Origin: Marsupella aquatica
Lineage: Eukaryota; Plantae; Marchantiophyta
Length of the DNA: 64,000 nt
Assembly (NCBI GenBank): GCA_973895155.1
Contig: OZ316897.1
Coordinates: forward strand, 5,225,976 to 5,289,975
Reading direction: 5' to 3'
How positions within the stretch are numbered: position 1 is the first letter of the stretch; each line of letters starts with the position of its first letter. This document shows, piece by piece, positions 11,591-25,990 of this stretch. The notes under the pieces are model-generated. The model did not search any database. It was not told the origin of the DNA and saw only the letters and a list, made by a program, of their open reading frames with translations. The translations under genes were made by a program, and so were the position numbers.

Positions 11591-14365
11591 TGTGATGCCT
11601 AGCCAAGAATCACTAGGTCGTTAAAATGGTAAAACCGGGTGGTATACACTAAAACCATTAGTATAAGGAGGAAAAAAAGAGAAAATATAAACAATTAAGG
11701 GTATCCATGGAACCCGGGCCAAGGCCGGAAGTAAGGGCGCAATGGCAACCAGGGGGCACAATTAGGATTAGGATATGCTGAGTACCGGCAACTATAGGTA
11801 ATCAATGGGAAATTAGGCAACGGCAGGCTGGAGGGGGGTAAGGACTGTTCACCAAGGGTGGCAGCTCATTCGCGAGCATTGATCAAACAGATTGCAAGAA
11901 GAAGCCAACAACTGTCACCTGCTTAGGCAAACTCTATGGGCAAAGGCAAATACCAAGCATTGACACAAGGGAGGGAAAAGCATGGACAAAAGCAACGGTG
12001 TTGGGAGAATCATCAGGAGTAGCCAAAATGAAGAGGAAGGTGCCAACCAACAAAGAGGCCACCCCGGCCAAAAGAACAAGGTTGGTGGCACCTAAGAAGC
12101 CGGCCGAGCAGACAAGAAGGAGGCAGGAGGAGGCCGATTAAGCAAAGGTCAACCTTGTCAATGCCATCCCCACAAGGGATGACACATGGAAAGGCTGGGC
12201 AAAGGTCTTGCCAAAGGAGGTGCAACTATACTTTGCACAAGATGAGGATGCATGTTTTACGGCCATGTAGTCCCAAAAGTACCGAGGCTTCATGGCCGGA
12301 TCCGGCTTGGAGACAATTGTTTGATTACCTTGGCTAAAGCCTGAGGTGCCGGATTTAGACCTGCTGGAATTCGTGGGATCCTGGGATCAAAAATCAGACA
12401 TGACGAAGGTGTATGGGAGGGTATTCTACCTCACTCCCAAGGTGATCACCAAGGTAAAGGCTTGCCAATAGGCAACAAGATCAAGGTCGACACCCGAAAG
12501 AACTTGTCAAACAAGGAGTTCAGATCTTGCAAACCTATAGGCCAAGTTCCAAGCTGACCTGCGTAAGAAGGACGAGATGCTCAATCAAACCTACAAGAAG
12601 ATGAACAAGATGGAGTTTGATGTTGTCCATGAGCTCAACAAGGAGCTGGGAGAAGCTTAGGAGGAGAGGGCGGCCTTGCAAAAGGAGCTGGAGGAAACCC
12701 AAAAGGAGTTGGAAGACACTTGGGGAGAGCTAGACGAGATAGTTTGGAGTTGGAGGACAGCGTGCAAAAGGTGGAGAACTTGCAGCGGCGGGTGGATAAT
12801 TACACGATGCAGCTAAAGAAATTAGCCAAGGAGATGAGGCGCCCAGCTACTCCAAGTCAACCCCCGGTGGCGGCAGCAAAGTTGCCAGGTGTGGTATTGG
12901 CTGAGCAACAAGCCCAGGCACCCTTACCAGTGTCGGAAGTAAGTGGCAACTGAAGGGGAAGGTTTAGGGTGCCTGGGAAGGGAAGGAGAAGAATAAACAA
13001 AAACCTTCCGGTTCAGGAGTCCACATGCTTCCCCCGGCCACTGTGACTGAGGTAGAGAGCATGGTGCCGGCCTTATGCAAGGTTGTGGCGGTCAAGAGGA
13101 CCAGCTAGGTGAGGCCATGATGGGCACTGACTCAAGGTTGCCAATCATTGATCGGTATCAACCGCAACCTTGGGTAGACAAGACCACCCGCCTCGTAGGA
13201 CAAGCCTTCGAGGAGGACCACTATGGCAAGGAGACCGATGCTGGGACTGCCAGTGCCAAAGCCGCAATAACAAACCCACCACTTTTGCAGGCAAGGGAGA
13301 TAGAAGCCGTAGACAAGGCTAAGGCTAGAGTGGGACCCAATCACGCCGAGGATGGGTTGACCCAGTTGGGAGCGGGTAACCTGTTAGAGGACGGACCTAC
13401 TACATTGGCCACCAAAGAGGGATTGGGGGCGTCCATTGGGGGCAAGCCACCTCTGACATGACGATGGTGGAGGGTCATCCCTTTTAGGGAAGGTGGACGT
13501 GGAGGAAGGCTAGGAGGCGTGAGTGGGCAAAGCAGGCGCAAACCTCCAAATTTAGGATTAGGATCAGGGCCAAGAAGCGGCCCTGACACTTAGATTAGTG
13601 GGATTGCGGACCCACTGGTAAGAGCAACACTTGTGTTCTTGCCCTGTTGTACATAGGTAGATTATAGTTAGGGGTAGATTAGGCTTACACAACAAGGAAG
13701 TAAGTAGATACGCTGCCTGGATAAATACCAATGCAGCGGGGAGTTCAGGGCCTTTTTCTTAAGCAAGTTTTTAGTGCACCGACAAGGTTGGGACCAATTA
13801 GTAAGAGAAGCTCTCTGTTAGTTATGCAGTGACTCTTGTGTATATTCATGTTTCCTCATGCCTAAGAGCTAAATAGAGTTGGCTTTCTGGCTTAGTTTGT
13901 AGATCTTGTATATGAGAAATACTCTTTGTATGGCAGTTGCACGGTATAACTTAGTTAGTATGTTTCATTTTTCTATTTGTATGTCGCATCAACTTGTGTG
14001 AAGATCACCCACATCAACTACAAGAGAGACCAAGTTGTAAGAAGCAATAAGAGTTGGATGTGTCGAGCTAAGAGAAATCTTAGTGGCTACCCAAGCCGAT
14101 TGGGCATCATTCCGGGGGCGGAATCCAAACATTCCTAAATGGAGACCTAGAGAAGAGAGGAAGGAGAGGCCTAGAATAGGCCGGCTACATATCTCATGAC
14201 CCGATGAAGGATCCGTCTAGTATATGTGGGTAACAAGTTAGTAAAATAATTAGCAACGTCCAATGCCGATAAGCCGTGGAACCGGCCTTGGCAAGAGCAA
14301 AACCAATGGGAATCGGCTTGTTAAAGGCAGGTTCTTGGGTTTAGAGAGCCATGGGACGCACCACA
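11591..14365 (+). mobile_element. 3' LTR C (family A), internally deleted and degenerate
   Basis: Same termini as 42158-46831 (TGTGATGCCTAGCC...GGGACGCACCACA). Colinear ORF remnants with a large deletion near 12525. Preceded by a PPT, no TSD. Confidence 0.85.
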
Positions 14366-16186
14366 GATGTCAATGTCACTATTGGGTCAATTGATTCAAT
14401 ACTAAGGATGTTGGAAAACCCAAATCCAATGATCAAATCTCTTGTGGAGGGGCCAAACTCGACAAGTCTTTTTAAAGACCTCCTTTTGGGGAGAAAAGAT
14501 ATCTTGGAGGCAAGTTTCCTTAGAGCATTTGAGGATGACATTGCCTACATCTCAAGCCTAGGTACTTCACTCACAATCCTTTGTGTAGTTGTTGCTCCTC
14601 ATAGCCAAGGTTTCATTAATAGGGTGTAAACCCTAAACCCTACATTGGGGTTTAGGGATTTATTTAAAACTTCTTGGCTTCTTATTTTGTACGATTTACT
14701 CAGTCACAATCCTTTAATATAAGCTCAGTCTACTTTATGTTAAGTAGTTGTTGGCTTTTCGTAGCAAACTAAGGTTCCATTATGGTCTAAACTCTAAACC
14801 CTACATTGGGGTTTAGGGTTTAGGGTTTAGGGTTTCACTATCTTCTTTTGTATGCATGAAAAACATTCTGAAATTGTCTTGGGTTACATTGTGAAGCAAC
14901 ACCTGAGACACCAAAGTTCAGGCCCCTTCCGCAAGTATTGAAGTTACAACTGGATAATTGTGCCTTAGACAACAAGAACAGATATATGATGGCTTATTTG
15001 TCATTGTTGACGGCAAGGGAGGTGTTTGAAGAGGTTCATCTTAGTTTTATGGTGGTTGGGCATACTCATGAGGACGCTGACAATATGTTTGAGCATTTTT
15101 CAGAGTCTATGATGCATAATCCCACATACTCATTGCCTGAGTTAATGTCGTTGTTCATGAGAGCAAGGACACCCAATGCAGTCCCTCATTTTCTGCAGGA
15201 GGTCTTGGATTTCAAAAGCTACCTAGCTCCATTCATGTTGAAGGGCCATGAGGCATTGGTGGGGCATTTAAAACCCAGGTTGTTTAGGTTCTGTGTTTGT
15301 CATGATAGTATGCCATGCTTCCAATACAAAATGAAGTCAACTGATGAGGGATGGTTACCCACAAAAGGTATTGAAATGTGGTCATGGAAAGATGATAAAA
15401 GTCCTCACATCCCAATTGGGGTGCCCAAATGGCTACCAATGATGGAGCTAAAAATGCTTCCTAAAGTGCTAGCAGGGTTGAAGAAGCATGTGTCATTCTT
15501 TGAGTTCATTCTAAAGCAAACAAAGGAGGAAGAACCAAAGCGACGTTGGACAACTCTCATCGATTATTGGAATGACATTGTAGATACTCTACAGGGTGAG
15601 CAAGTGCAATATGAACCCGAAGGTGCACATAAATTGGAATATGGGTTTTGGCCTTTATCAATATGGAGAGAGCACGTTTCATCAGAATATTGAAATGTGG
15701 CATGTGAGTTGGAGGTGAGTGGATTATGTGGGACCTACAAAAGATAAACCTCCTGAGAGTTTTAACCCTAGGGTTGATGACGTGAAAGGCTGTTATGTGT
15801 TGGTACGGCCAAACGACTCAGACCTGGATGTTTATCCCGTCCATATGAGGTTAATTGTTATAGATGTGATAGAAGGACCAGTGAATGAATAAAACCTTCT
15901 TACTCATGTATGTGGCGTTGAGTGGTTTAGACCATTTATGGCAAAGAAGCCACGTGGTCAATCAGACTGGCAACCACAAGAGCGATGGGCAGATTCTTGG
16001 GATAAGAAATGGGAACATGATCTAGTTCCAATATACAAGGAAGCTGAGACAATAGATGTTTCCTCTGTCTTGTGGTGTTTCAAAGCACGCAAAGGACTAG
16101 TGATAGGACTGGTTGGAATTCCAATGACTATTGTTGCCAAGGCAAGAGACTATCTCTTGACATGCATAGCAAGTGAGAATTCCTAA
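14366..16186 (+). pseudogene. DDE transposase remnant (DUF7869/Sola-like), 5'-truncated at LTR C
   Basis: ORF 14938..15693 has LQLDNCALDNKN and MVVGHTHEDAD motifs. Upstream exon 14366-~14560 followed by GT and an AT-rich intron. Downstream stops. Confidence 0.7.
14625..14835. repeat. Interstitial telomere-type (TTTAGGG/CCCTAAA) repeats in an intron
   Basis: aaaccctaaaccctacattggggtttaggg occurs twice, and the second copy is followed by (tttaggg)n. Confidence 0.8.
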
Positions 16187-19089
16187 ACAGTAATGAAGCT
16201 GGTAGTTGAGCACACAGTTTAAAAGGCAGCCCAGAATAGTAGTGGCCAGAGAACTCAAGTTTAGACAAGTCTTATTGTCTAGGTTATTTAGTTGGTTAAT
16301 TTATTTAAGATATAATATCAGTTAGTGGGGCCTTAGTTTGGTGATATGAAGGCATGATATTATTGACATTCAAATGAATGTCAAGTAGACATTGTAATAT
16401 ACAATAACCCTATTTATAAATAATAATTATACACCTTCAAGTGAACACAACTTTCAATGATTTCTGATTTTATATGAAGTACGGTTCCATGTCTGATTGA
16501 GCCAAAGCAATAGAAACTAAGGGGGGTACTATTGCCATGATTGTGGTACTATGATTGTAGGTCACGCGCCCTGGTGCGTGTCTTTGTTGTATTCAATAGA
16601 CCCTATAGTAATTAAATCTTAAATTGAGACAATGAATGACATTTTAATTAAGGATTTGTGCATGGATCAAGAGGTACTTGATGTCATTTAGTGATGCATT
16701 TTTATGAAGATCTTGCAACAAAGCATTTGAGGTTTTTGAGTATCCCAACAAATGTTAAAGAGGTTGATCTTTCATTAACTAATAATATTTAGATAAAACT
16801 GGAATTATCCTTAAATTGGGGTTAATGGGCAAGTTTTGAGGGCTTTGAAGCTTTTGTGTCAAGTTTTTCCCGTTTTGACATGTGGCAGCCTGGAAGGATT
16901 CAAAATCTTCATAAGGACAAGGCATTTGTTTGTTGAGAGCTCGGATGTTAGAGAGTCTTTTGGGAGAACTGAAGGGCAACGGATTGTGTGTTTTGGGAAG
17001 GAGTGAAAGTTTGTTTTTGGAAGAAGAAAAATGGGGGGCAAGCAGAACATGGAAGGTAGATGTTGAGATGTGTGTGAGGAAGTTGGTAAGGACATGGAAG
17101 TGAGATCTCATGGATAGGACAGTGATGAAGATTTTGAGAGAAAAATGATAGGAACTAATAATGCGCAGAGGTGAGTAAGAAGAATGAAGGTGGCGATGAT
17201 TATGAAATAAAATGAAGTCTTGTGGAAGCTATGGCCCAAAGAATCAAGGAGTTAATCAAAGGAATGCCAACATTAGACTGATATGGAGACTTGGGTGTGG
17301 TAGACATAAGGGACAGCGGTGAAGCGTAGTAAAAAAGAGGTTTGAGTGGATTGTGTGGAAGGTGAATTGACAAATTCAGCTGAAGGTGAAGAAGCTGCCA
17401 ATTGCGGAAAAGGTTCATGGAATCACAAAATTAAGAGTGGTAGTATATGCTCAGGGCACGGCTGTGCATGTGCATGATCAGCCAAGGGTCAAAGAGTTGC
17501 AATGTAGAGATGAAAAAGAAGGCTGTGGAGTGAGCATGTTCTAGATTTGATCATAGTGATAATTGGGCATAACGGCTGAAAGCAAAGTGAACAAAAATGG
17601 AAGACACGGCAAGATTGGAAATGAGAGCATTGTGAAGAAGATTGGTATAGAGAATGGCAGACCAAGATGAAGAGACAACAAAGGGACAATAAAATCTGCT
17701 GTAGACGGAACATTGTGGAGTGCTTAAAGTGTTTGGATGAAGATGGAGGAAATCTAGTGCTGATCGAGAAAGAACAAGAGCGCGCACAGTGACAGAGGCT
17801 ATGGAGGTATTGATGTGGAGAAGAAATAGCATAGTGAAGAAGAGTTGAACAAAGCGCAAAGCTTAAGGCGCAATTTAAGTCAACAGATTATGAAGTCTGT
17901 CCAGACCAGCACGTCCATATCATAAGACCGAACGAAAAGAGTTGAATCTGTCCAAGAATTGAATTGTTGCGGTCTTGAAGAAAGCTATGAGAATTGTGTG
18001 GAGATCCACGCTAGGTTCAGATGTGAGACAGAGTTGCGATTCAAAGACAAGAAGCCATGGCACACATGAAACAATAGGAAGGAAGAAAAACTTGATTTTC
18101 TTAATAAAACAATTGGATATACAGCTTCTTTTTAAAACTTTGGGATATGTAGAAATGAATTGAAAGGTGTTGGCTATGATGAAACAGATGACAAAGATAA
18201 GATTTAGAGTAAGTTTGGAAACCCAAGAGAATCTTAAACTAAAGAGCAAACACTGACCGTGAATAGTAATGGAATGATTTACTTGCAGTTGGAAAAAGGG
18301 CTTTAACTTATTTACCTTGGACCTAGAGGGGAGATGGACTTATTTATGGATTTAATTAAGAGGTTCCAATTGGAAGTGTGGATTACTTGTACCTCTTTGC
18401 AGTTAGTGTTTTGAAGCTTGATCTAGTAGGGTAAGTGAAGTAGAAAAGTTATTTTCTTTTGATGAGTGAAACCCAATGATCGGGACAATATTCAAGGTAG
18501 GAATTTTCCGTTGCCAAGATTATGTTTGACCAAGAGGAGACTAGAGGAAGGAAGGTTGTTTAAGTGGATTTAGGAATGATGGGATTTGAAGTTTCTAGTC
18601 AAAGTTTTTTTTCTGTTGAGGGATTGGCAAATAGTGCCTAAGAAGAAGAAATGCAAAAAGAGAAAAAGAGAAGTGAGGAGGAGAGGGAAGCTCAACGTCG
18701 GATGAGATTTTGCAGCAACAACCAAGGCAAGACGATTGACGACTGAACGTGACCTGATGACCTGACCTGAACCAAAATTGAGACCCTAGTTGAGGAAAGG
18801 CCAACAAAAGACCTGCTTAATGACCTTCAAAAGAAAAGTTGTAAACCCCAAAACCCAAAAAGGTTTACTATAAATAAAGAGTATTTGAAATCTTGATTGC
18901 GACAATTCAATTTTTGAAAAGAATGCCTTTTTTTCTTAAAGAAACATGTTAGAATCAAGGACTATAGGTGTTTTTGATAAGAAATGGGGAGTTAATTAAA
19001 ATTGAAGTAGACATCGCACTAGGTTGGGTTAATGTTGAGGACTACGATGAGGATTGCATTGACCATGGAGAGAGGGCCAATATTGGGTG

Positions 19090-19887
19090 TACAAACGTTA
19101 GGAGGATTTCATTGGAGATTTCCATCGATTAATTATGGAAATCCGGAAGATCAGATCAGCCTGGAGTCTCCACCATGTGATATAGCACCACGGGAGTTTG
19201 ACAAGATGAAGGATGCCAAGGCAGAGCTCTAGGAAAAGCTCAGAGAATTGGGGAGCCAAAATAAGGTGCAAGAAGAGAGACTACCAGGAGGACATTGGTC
19301 GGAGGAAATAAGATAGCTTAGCGAGAGACAGTTTGAGCCTTTCATAGACTTTGATTGGCTTAGGGAAGAAGCTTGGGAGAGGAGACCTTGTTGGTAGATG
19401 CCAGTATCCCCCAAAAGGTCTAACATACACACTCAACAGAGCTAGGGAGTATGGAGAATGTGCAGACTCCTAGCTTTGGGAATTTTTGGCAACAAGTTAG
19501 AGTCCGGACCCTTTATCAGAAGGGGATAGCTGACCGGACTAGACTAGAAGAAGCAATGACTTTGGACGTTTGAAGAAGGAAGAATTGATCGTTTGGCTAA
19601 GGAGCATGGAAGCCAAAGCCACCAAAGGAAAAGAGACCCAACAGGCTCAAGACAAACTTCTGATTAAGCAATTAGTAGGAGTTAGGGGTTGTCGCTCAAC
19701 AGCTTGAAGGTTGCAAAGCAGACAATCAACGGATCAAGGAGAAGTTGTTGATTAAGCAGTAGGAGTTAGGGGTCGCCACTCAATAGCTTGAAGGTTGCAA
19801 AGCAGACAATCAGATCCAAGGAGAAGCTGACTAGAGTACAGGTGGAGTTGTCTGATGCAAAAGCAAAAATCCAGGGTTTTTCATCAG
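19090..19887 (+). pseudogene. Old degenerate copy of the family-A ORF (continues 26418-27078 and 58759-59063)
   Basis: 19440-19530 resembles RAMEYGEMCGELALGIFGEELEVGPF of ORF 44052. Split by LTR F and by the giant MULE. Confidence 0.55.
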
Positions 19888-20064
19888 TGTCGCGCCCATA
19901 ACCCGGGCCTTAAATCCGAGTTAGTTCCCTGGGCGACCACAACCACCAGTAGGGGTGAGGGTTTGGGCAAGGAGGTGTGTCACCTAATTAGCCCTAAGTT
20001 GGGCTAAGTCGATATACTTACCGGTATAATACTCACGCAACTCGCACTGGTCATAGGTATATTT

Positions 20065-22391
20065 AATTTTAATTTTATTTCTTTTTTTCCACAAAAAACC
20101 CGCAAAACCCTACGGGAAAGGGGGCCAAAAAGGCAACAAAGACGCCGAGAAAGGGCAGGCCAGAGCCAGAGCTAGAAGAAGGAACACTACAAGGCCGCTA
20201 AAGAGCACAATACTTCTATTGCAATCATGACGGGTCCTGACAGAAATTTGTCCATACATCTAAGGCACCCGTGACAGGTCCTAGCATTAGCATTTCAAGT
20301 CTATGGAGAGCCTAGAAAATCAATAGCGAACAAGAGCAACAACTCAACCCCTGGCAGCCCAACCAGGGAAAAGACCAAAGCAGGGGAGAGTGACCCTGTC
20401 AAAGAGTGGACAAGGCGTAAATCCATGGCATTAGTTTGAGAGAGATAGTGTGAACCGTGCCTCCAGCCTCGAAATCCAGTTCAAACGTTCTATGACAGTT
20501 TCCTCCTTGGTCGGCAGCAGCCGTGTGCGCCCGTTGTAGGGGCCAGAGTCCTCACACAGTCCATGTATTTGGTCAATCATTTCTGAAAGGATCTTTAGCA
20601 AATCAAATTTCCTACTTCTACCATTGTTAAATACACTCTCATTCCTGGCAAGCCAAATATGCCATAGTACTTGATAAACCATGAAGACTATCAAGGATCG
20701 AGCAAGACTGCATCCAGCAAAAGCCTCCATCACAGCTTTCAGCTCCCTGGCAGGCCAAGTGATCAGATCAAGGAACGTTCCGGCAACAAGTGCCCAGCCT
20801 TTTCTTGCAAGCTTGCAAGTGAAGAAAATGTGAGGAATGGTCTCAGGAACGTTACCTAGGGCACAAGCCACATGTACCATCTGACTTACCCATCTTCAGT
20901 GCCCGGACATTGGTGAAGAGCCCTTGTGCAATCACGTGCCATATAAATGTATGAAACTTTGTGGGGAGATCTGACATCCACAGTGAGTTCCAGAGCTTGC
21001 TCCACTCTAGATCCGAGAGTTGGAGAGACCAGATCCGGTTGAGCCTGGTAGAATCACTACCTTTGGTACTCAGTAATTGATATACTCTAGCATTGGGTAT
21101 GGAAAAGTGCCTCATCCTCTCCTTCTTGTTGGCCCAGACCCAACATGCTGCAAAAGATCCGACCCCCTTTTCCCTTGTATATTGTTTAATTTTTCTCACA
21201 AAGGATAAGCAGAGTGCCTCCACCTCCTAATCCAAGCCCCTCATCTTATTAAGCTTCTAGCATGCATACTCAGAAGGGTTGCATCCCCACCCCCTAAGAT
21301 CCGAGATCTTGCGTAGTCCCATCCGTCCACAGATCCGGACCAATTGTCCTTTCTTGTCTTCTGGTAGGTCCTAAAATCCTTCCAGGATGCTCCACCAATC
21401 GGCCACAGCACCTCCAGTTGGTGAAAAAAGCAAGTGTGAACGTAGAGCCTCCCATGCTTTCCAGAGATTTCCAGTGTAACTCAATCCGCTGAAGGATCGA
21501 GGATAGCAGAGTAAGAGTCTGTCAGAAAATGAGTAGCCATTCCTCCTGATTGTCTTCTGATTGCGCCATTTTGCCATTTTCAGATTTGCGTAATATAGTT
21601 GAGCCCATTCTGTGGTCGGGTTGTCTAGTGCCTTATAGAACCATTGTACTAGGAGTGTGTCTGAGTGGCACCTAAACTCCTTGAAGCCCAACCCTTCATG
21701 CATCCACTTTGGGGCGTGCTAAGGTCTTCCACGCAGCCAATGGCACCTTTCTCCCGCCTTCTGCATTATAGCCCCAGAGAAAATCTCTACAGAGAGCCAC
21801 CATCTTCTTAGCCAAACCATTTGACAAATGTAAGAACATAATGTGATCGGGCATGTGATAAATGGGTACTGCTTGGAGAACATGCTTCACTAGAATAGTA
21901 CGATCGGTGAAGGATAAGAACCGAGTGGCCCACGTAGAGAGCCTGGATTCTATTTGGTCAAGGCAGAACGTATGAAGCCGGGAGGCCTGTATCCCCCAGC
22001 CCAATGGAGCACCCAGATGGTCAACGTCTCCGATATTTGAAGGCCTCTCAAGGCGCCATGTGCAATTTCTACGTCTAAAAAATCCATGAATGGCTGAGTC
22101 GATAGTACAAACAGTAAGGGCAAAAGCAGGCAGCCCTGACGGACTCCCCTCAGCATTCTGATTTCCTTAGAGAAGAGCCCATTAATGTGGATCTTGGAGC
22201 TGGCCCGGTAACCAATGAACGGACCAGCATGATGTAGTGGCTCCCCAAGCCCAATAGGTGCATAGCTTCCCAAATGTATGAGTGATTGACTTGATCAAAA
22301 GCTTTCTCAAAGTCGAGCTTGAGGAACAGTGATTCTTGCCTCTTTATACTTACCGAGTCCACTATAAGCCAGGCCGTGGAAATGTTCTCGA
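20065..22391 (-). mobile_element. 5'-truncated L1-like LINE (RT C-terminus and zf-RVT), degenerate
   Basis: Motifs LKLDFEKAFD, GVRQGCLLLPLLF, LVKHVLQAVPIYHM, C..C...ETIPHIFFTC. A-rich 3' tail. 16-bp TSD GGTCATAGGTATATTT (20049-20064, 22392-22407). Confidence 0.9.
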
Positions 22392-23008
22392 GGTCATAGG
22401 TATATTTGTTTTCCACCGCTGGAATATTCCCATAATTAGTGACTCGGACTAACTCCCGGCTTGGGGTTTTCAAGCCATCGACGTGACTTAGAACCTTGCG
22501 ACATGCAATTTGTGGAAATTCCTACCATTGGTCCACACCCGGTACGTCCCTTCAAATGGCGCCTTTGCCCAGACAAAGCATACACACAACACCAGTTACT
22601 CGCGATAGAATCAGAGGGAAAAGACTACATTTACTCAGCAAAGAATTGATTTACATAGTTGACTCAACTTCTAAGGGGTCAGCAGGCCTAACGGCAATTG
22701 ATGCCCAGTCTCTATGAGGCCCCGCCCCGCGCTTGCCCAACAAGCTTGACTCCGGCTCTCACTCCTTAGTGCACTCTGACCCTGCTCAGGCCGGGACTCC
22801 CCGTGCCTTGCCCTTTCTTGTGCTAAGATAAACTAAGTCTTCTCCCTCGCCACAACGGAAGGGGAAGCCTAAATACTACGCTCGCCGAAAGGAACCGGGA
22901 GATACTGCCTTCCGGGGTAATGCCTACTGACTAACTACCTTCTGACTAGAAGGCCGCATTTCCCCTGACTGGTTGACCGTCAGTGGCGGGGGCGCTGACC
23001 GGGGTGTC

Positions 23009-23075
23009 AGTAGCTAAGTCTACTGACCGCAGTAGCTAAGTCTACTGACCGCAGTAGCTAAGTCTACTGACCGCA
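23009..23075. repeat. 22-bp tandem repeat x3
   Basis: GTAGCTAAGTCTACTGACCGCA repeated three times. Confidence 0.9.
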
Positions 23076-23260
23076 ATTCTAGTCCGTTGATGGACTCCAT
23101 CCTACGTCGGATGATCCTAACTGATCCTGTCCTACTCCTTCCTACTGCACCGCTAATTGGTGCCTAATGACAACTATTCTATCCTTAAGCCTAATCAAAA
23201 AGATGCGTCTGACCCAACTGCCTCGCGCGGCGCCTGCTTGCTGTCTCCACTAACCACCCC

Positions 23261-25990
23261 TTACGTGCGTGCTGCCATTGGTCCAGGGTTTGACCTTTTC
23301 TCAAAATGAGACCTCGAGCCACCTTGATCAGAGCTGGATCCAGGTCCGTTCCACTGACTTACGAGCAGGGTAACGCGCTCTTGCAAGGCCTTGTTATCTT
23401 GTACCGCTTCCTCTGCCTTGTTTGCGGCTTTATCGGCCTCGGTCTGGAGCCATGCTACCTCTTGGCTAAGCTGGCCAATGGAGTCACAATGGGTTTGGTT
23501 CTGTGCCAGCAATTTGTCTTGCTTGGCGGAGACACTAGCCACCTGATGTGCTGCCTACAGGAATTGTTTGTTGAGGTTGGTCAGGCTGGTAACCCAAGCC
23601 GAGGACTCTGAGTGTAGCTGAAGCACCATGTTGTCCAGCTTCTTAAGATCCGCTTGAGCCGTGAGCAACTCTTGGCTTAGTCCATCCCGTTGTTTGATGA
23701 TGCAGACTAACTCTTCACGGCGGGTGGTGGCCTCCTCCTCGAGGGTGTTCTACTAGCATCTGGAGTTGCCCGATCTCGTTCCCCATTGCCATGAGTCTTC
23801 CTCTAAGCGGTTTACAATTCAAGGTTGGTGCTCTAACATGAAGAAGGTTGGCTGGAAGTACTGTGTGACTTGTTGCCCGATGTACGTCGTCAGCTCCCCC
23901 AATAGGTCCTGGCTAAATTTATGGACCAGGTCGTGGGCTACGGTACCCGGGACTACCTGGTGACTCCATTCTCTTGGGCAGGGGTGCCTCGGGCGGGGCA
24001 ATGACTTCCTCCGTAGTCCGTAATGGGGAGGGAATGGTTTCTTCCGGCAGCAGAGGAATGGGAGGTGGTTCTGTTGGGGGTAGCAGGGGCTCGACAGGGG
24101 GAGGCATAGTCCGCTCGATTGGAGCCACGGTCTCGGGGTTTACCCGAGGTGGTGTAGTCCGCTCGATCGGAGCCGCAGTTTCTTTGGACTCGGGGGCAAT
24201 GCTAGTTGGGGCCAAGGTGGCCATATTCTTTCCCCTGGCCTCCTGCCATGCCTTGTACCAGGCTAGGATGATGGCAATGTGACTTCCTAGGTAGGTCCTT
24301 CCCCCGATAGACATACCTGCTTGAGCCCGCTTAAGCTCCCCCAAGAACCTACGGCAAAAGAATTGGGCCCAATTCCGCCGTTTGTATAGTTCCACCTGTA
24401 CAATTGTATAGGGGGAGATCTCAGATCGTGGCTCGATCATGTGTAAGGTAGTCTGTATGAAGTTAAGTCACTCCATGCAGACTACGCTGGTGCATGACCC
24501 CTGCTTGTACCCGTTGTCATCTTACCCTCGGGTTTGAAGTGTCAAGGCATATACTCCTTATCCTAAATTTGGAGTTCAACTAACACGGGCCCGGTTGGCA
24601 GACAAGATATGTGCCAACCGATACTCCGTAAGTGATAGGGTCTGCCCTGAAACCTTGGTGGCCGCCGCATCAATGTCAAAGTTGGAGATGAACTCATAAA
24701 CCTCCTTTGGCCCGGCTGCGCTAGGCCTCCATAGCAAGTGAACGAATTTCTCCAACTGGCGCTCCTTAAGGTAGCCCGCGTGGTCTGGTTTCTTGATGGC
24801 GGTCTAGACTACTTTGGGGACGTGGATTACCTGCAACATGTCCAGCCGTAAGTGGTCGGAGGGCCGTCGGGATTGGTTGCTGGGCCGTGGGTTGGCCGGG
24901 GCGGGAACGGGGACGGGGGCGATGTTAGTCCGCGCGGTTGGTTCTGGACCCGGCGTATTCCTTGCCCGCTTATGGGAGTGTTGCTCCAGTTGCGGACTAA
25001 CTCGTCCATCGGAACCTGAGGAGCACTTGGTGTTATTCACCGGACGAACCTGGGTTTGGTTTGGCGGTATGCCGGTAGTCGTAGGCCGAGAGGTCGGGGG
25101 TGCCGTCGGAGTAGCCATATCCCAATCGGGGTATTTACAAATGACAGGAAACAGCAAACAATAACAGCAAACAAAAACTGGTAATAGGAAAATGGGTGGT
25201 AATTTCTTTTGAAATTTTTTTGAAATTTTTTTTTTTAAATTTTTTTTGAGAAAAGAACGTTTTTTTTTACAATTTTTGAATTTTTTTTGCTAGCGCCCAA
25301 AGCTAGCCAAAAAATGTTGTAATTTAAATTATTTTTGGAAAATATGCCCTTTTAGAAAATATTTTGACATGGTTATTTTTCTTGGTAATAGGAAATTTTT
25401 TGCTAGTACCAGTAAACCTGTTTCCTGTTTACTGTCATGCGTGCCATACCCTCCAAATCGAAGGTGTTGGAGCTTTCCCCGAGAAACGTTAGATTACACG
25501 CCACTTCCCGTTGTCTACTGATGTCTTCTTCGCACTTCTCGGCTGCAATCTGCTGGTTGATGTAACCCAGAATCTTGTCTAACTCCGCTTGAGTCAGCCT
25601 CTGGCTGCCCTTCAGCCTAAAGAACTTTGTGGGGACTTCAAGAATTGCCTCTACTACCGATCTAAGTCCCTCCTTGCTGATATATAGCTCGGTGATGTAG
25701 TCCTGCAGCTCATTGTAGCTAGAATCCCTGGTGATGGTTGTCTTCTCACAGCTAACCTGTGCTACCTTGGCCACCAGCTTCGCGTATCTTCGTTCGTAGG
25801 CGGCTTTCTCGAGGCAAGAGTACCAGTAAGTCTTGGAGAACTTAGCACCTACCTCGCCAAACAAGGTCCAAAATCCCAAAGTTGTAAGGGTCATACTAAC
25901 CTTTGTAGTCTGGTTTGTCAAGTCTGTGTCCTCGCCCGGCAGTTTTGCTCGTTGGTGGAGGCCTTCCTCACCCTGACTAAATCTTGCCAC
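23261..25990 (-). pseudogene. Long ORF inside LTR F (distant homolog of the family-A ORF)
   Basis: NGYKQGSCTSVVCME*LNFIQTTLHMIEPRSEI aligns with NGFFRNTCTNPHIAEMIDFLRVTMHCNLPRAEI. Pro-rich linker and C-terminal coiled coil. Disrupted by stops and a MITE. Confidence 0.7.
25129..25451 (+). mobile_element. Mutator-type MITE, copy 3
   Basis: GGGTAT...ATACCC ends. TSD TCCCAATCG/TCCAAATCG. Confidence 0.85.

Noticed and set aside
16600-19050. Purine-rich degenerate region with short ORFs
   Set aside because: Probably an old TE relic, but no supportable domain or boundaries were found.
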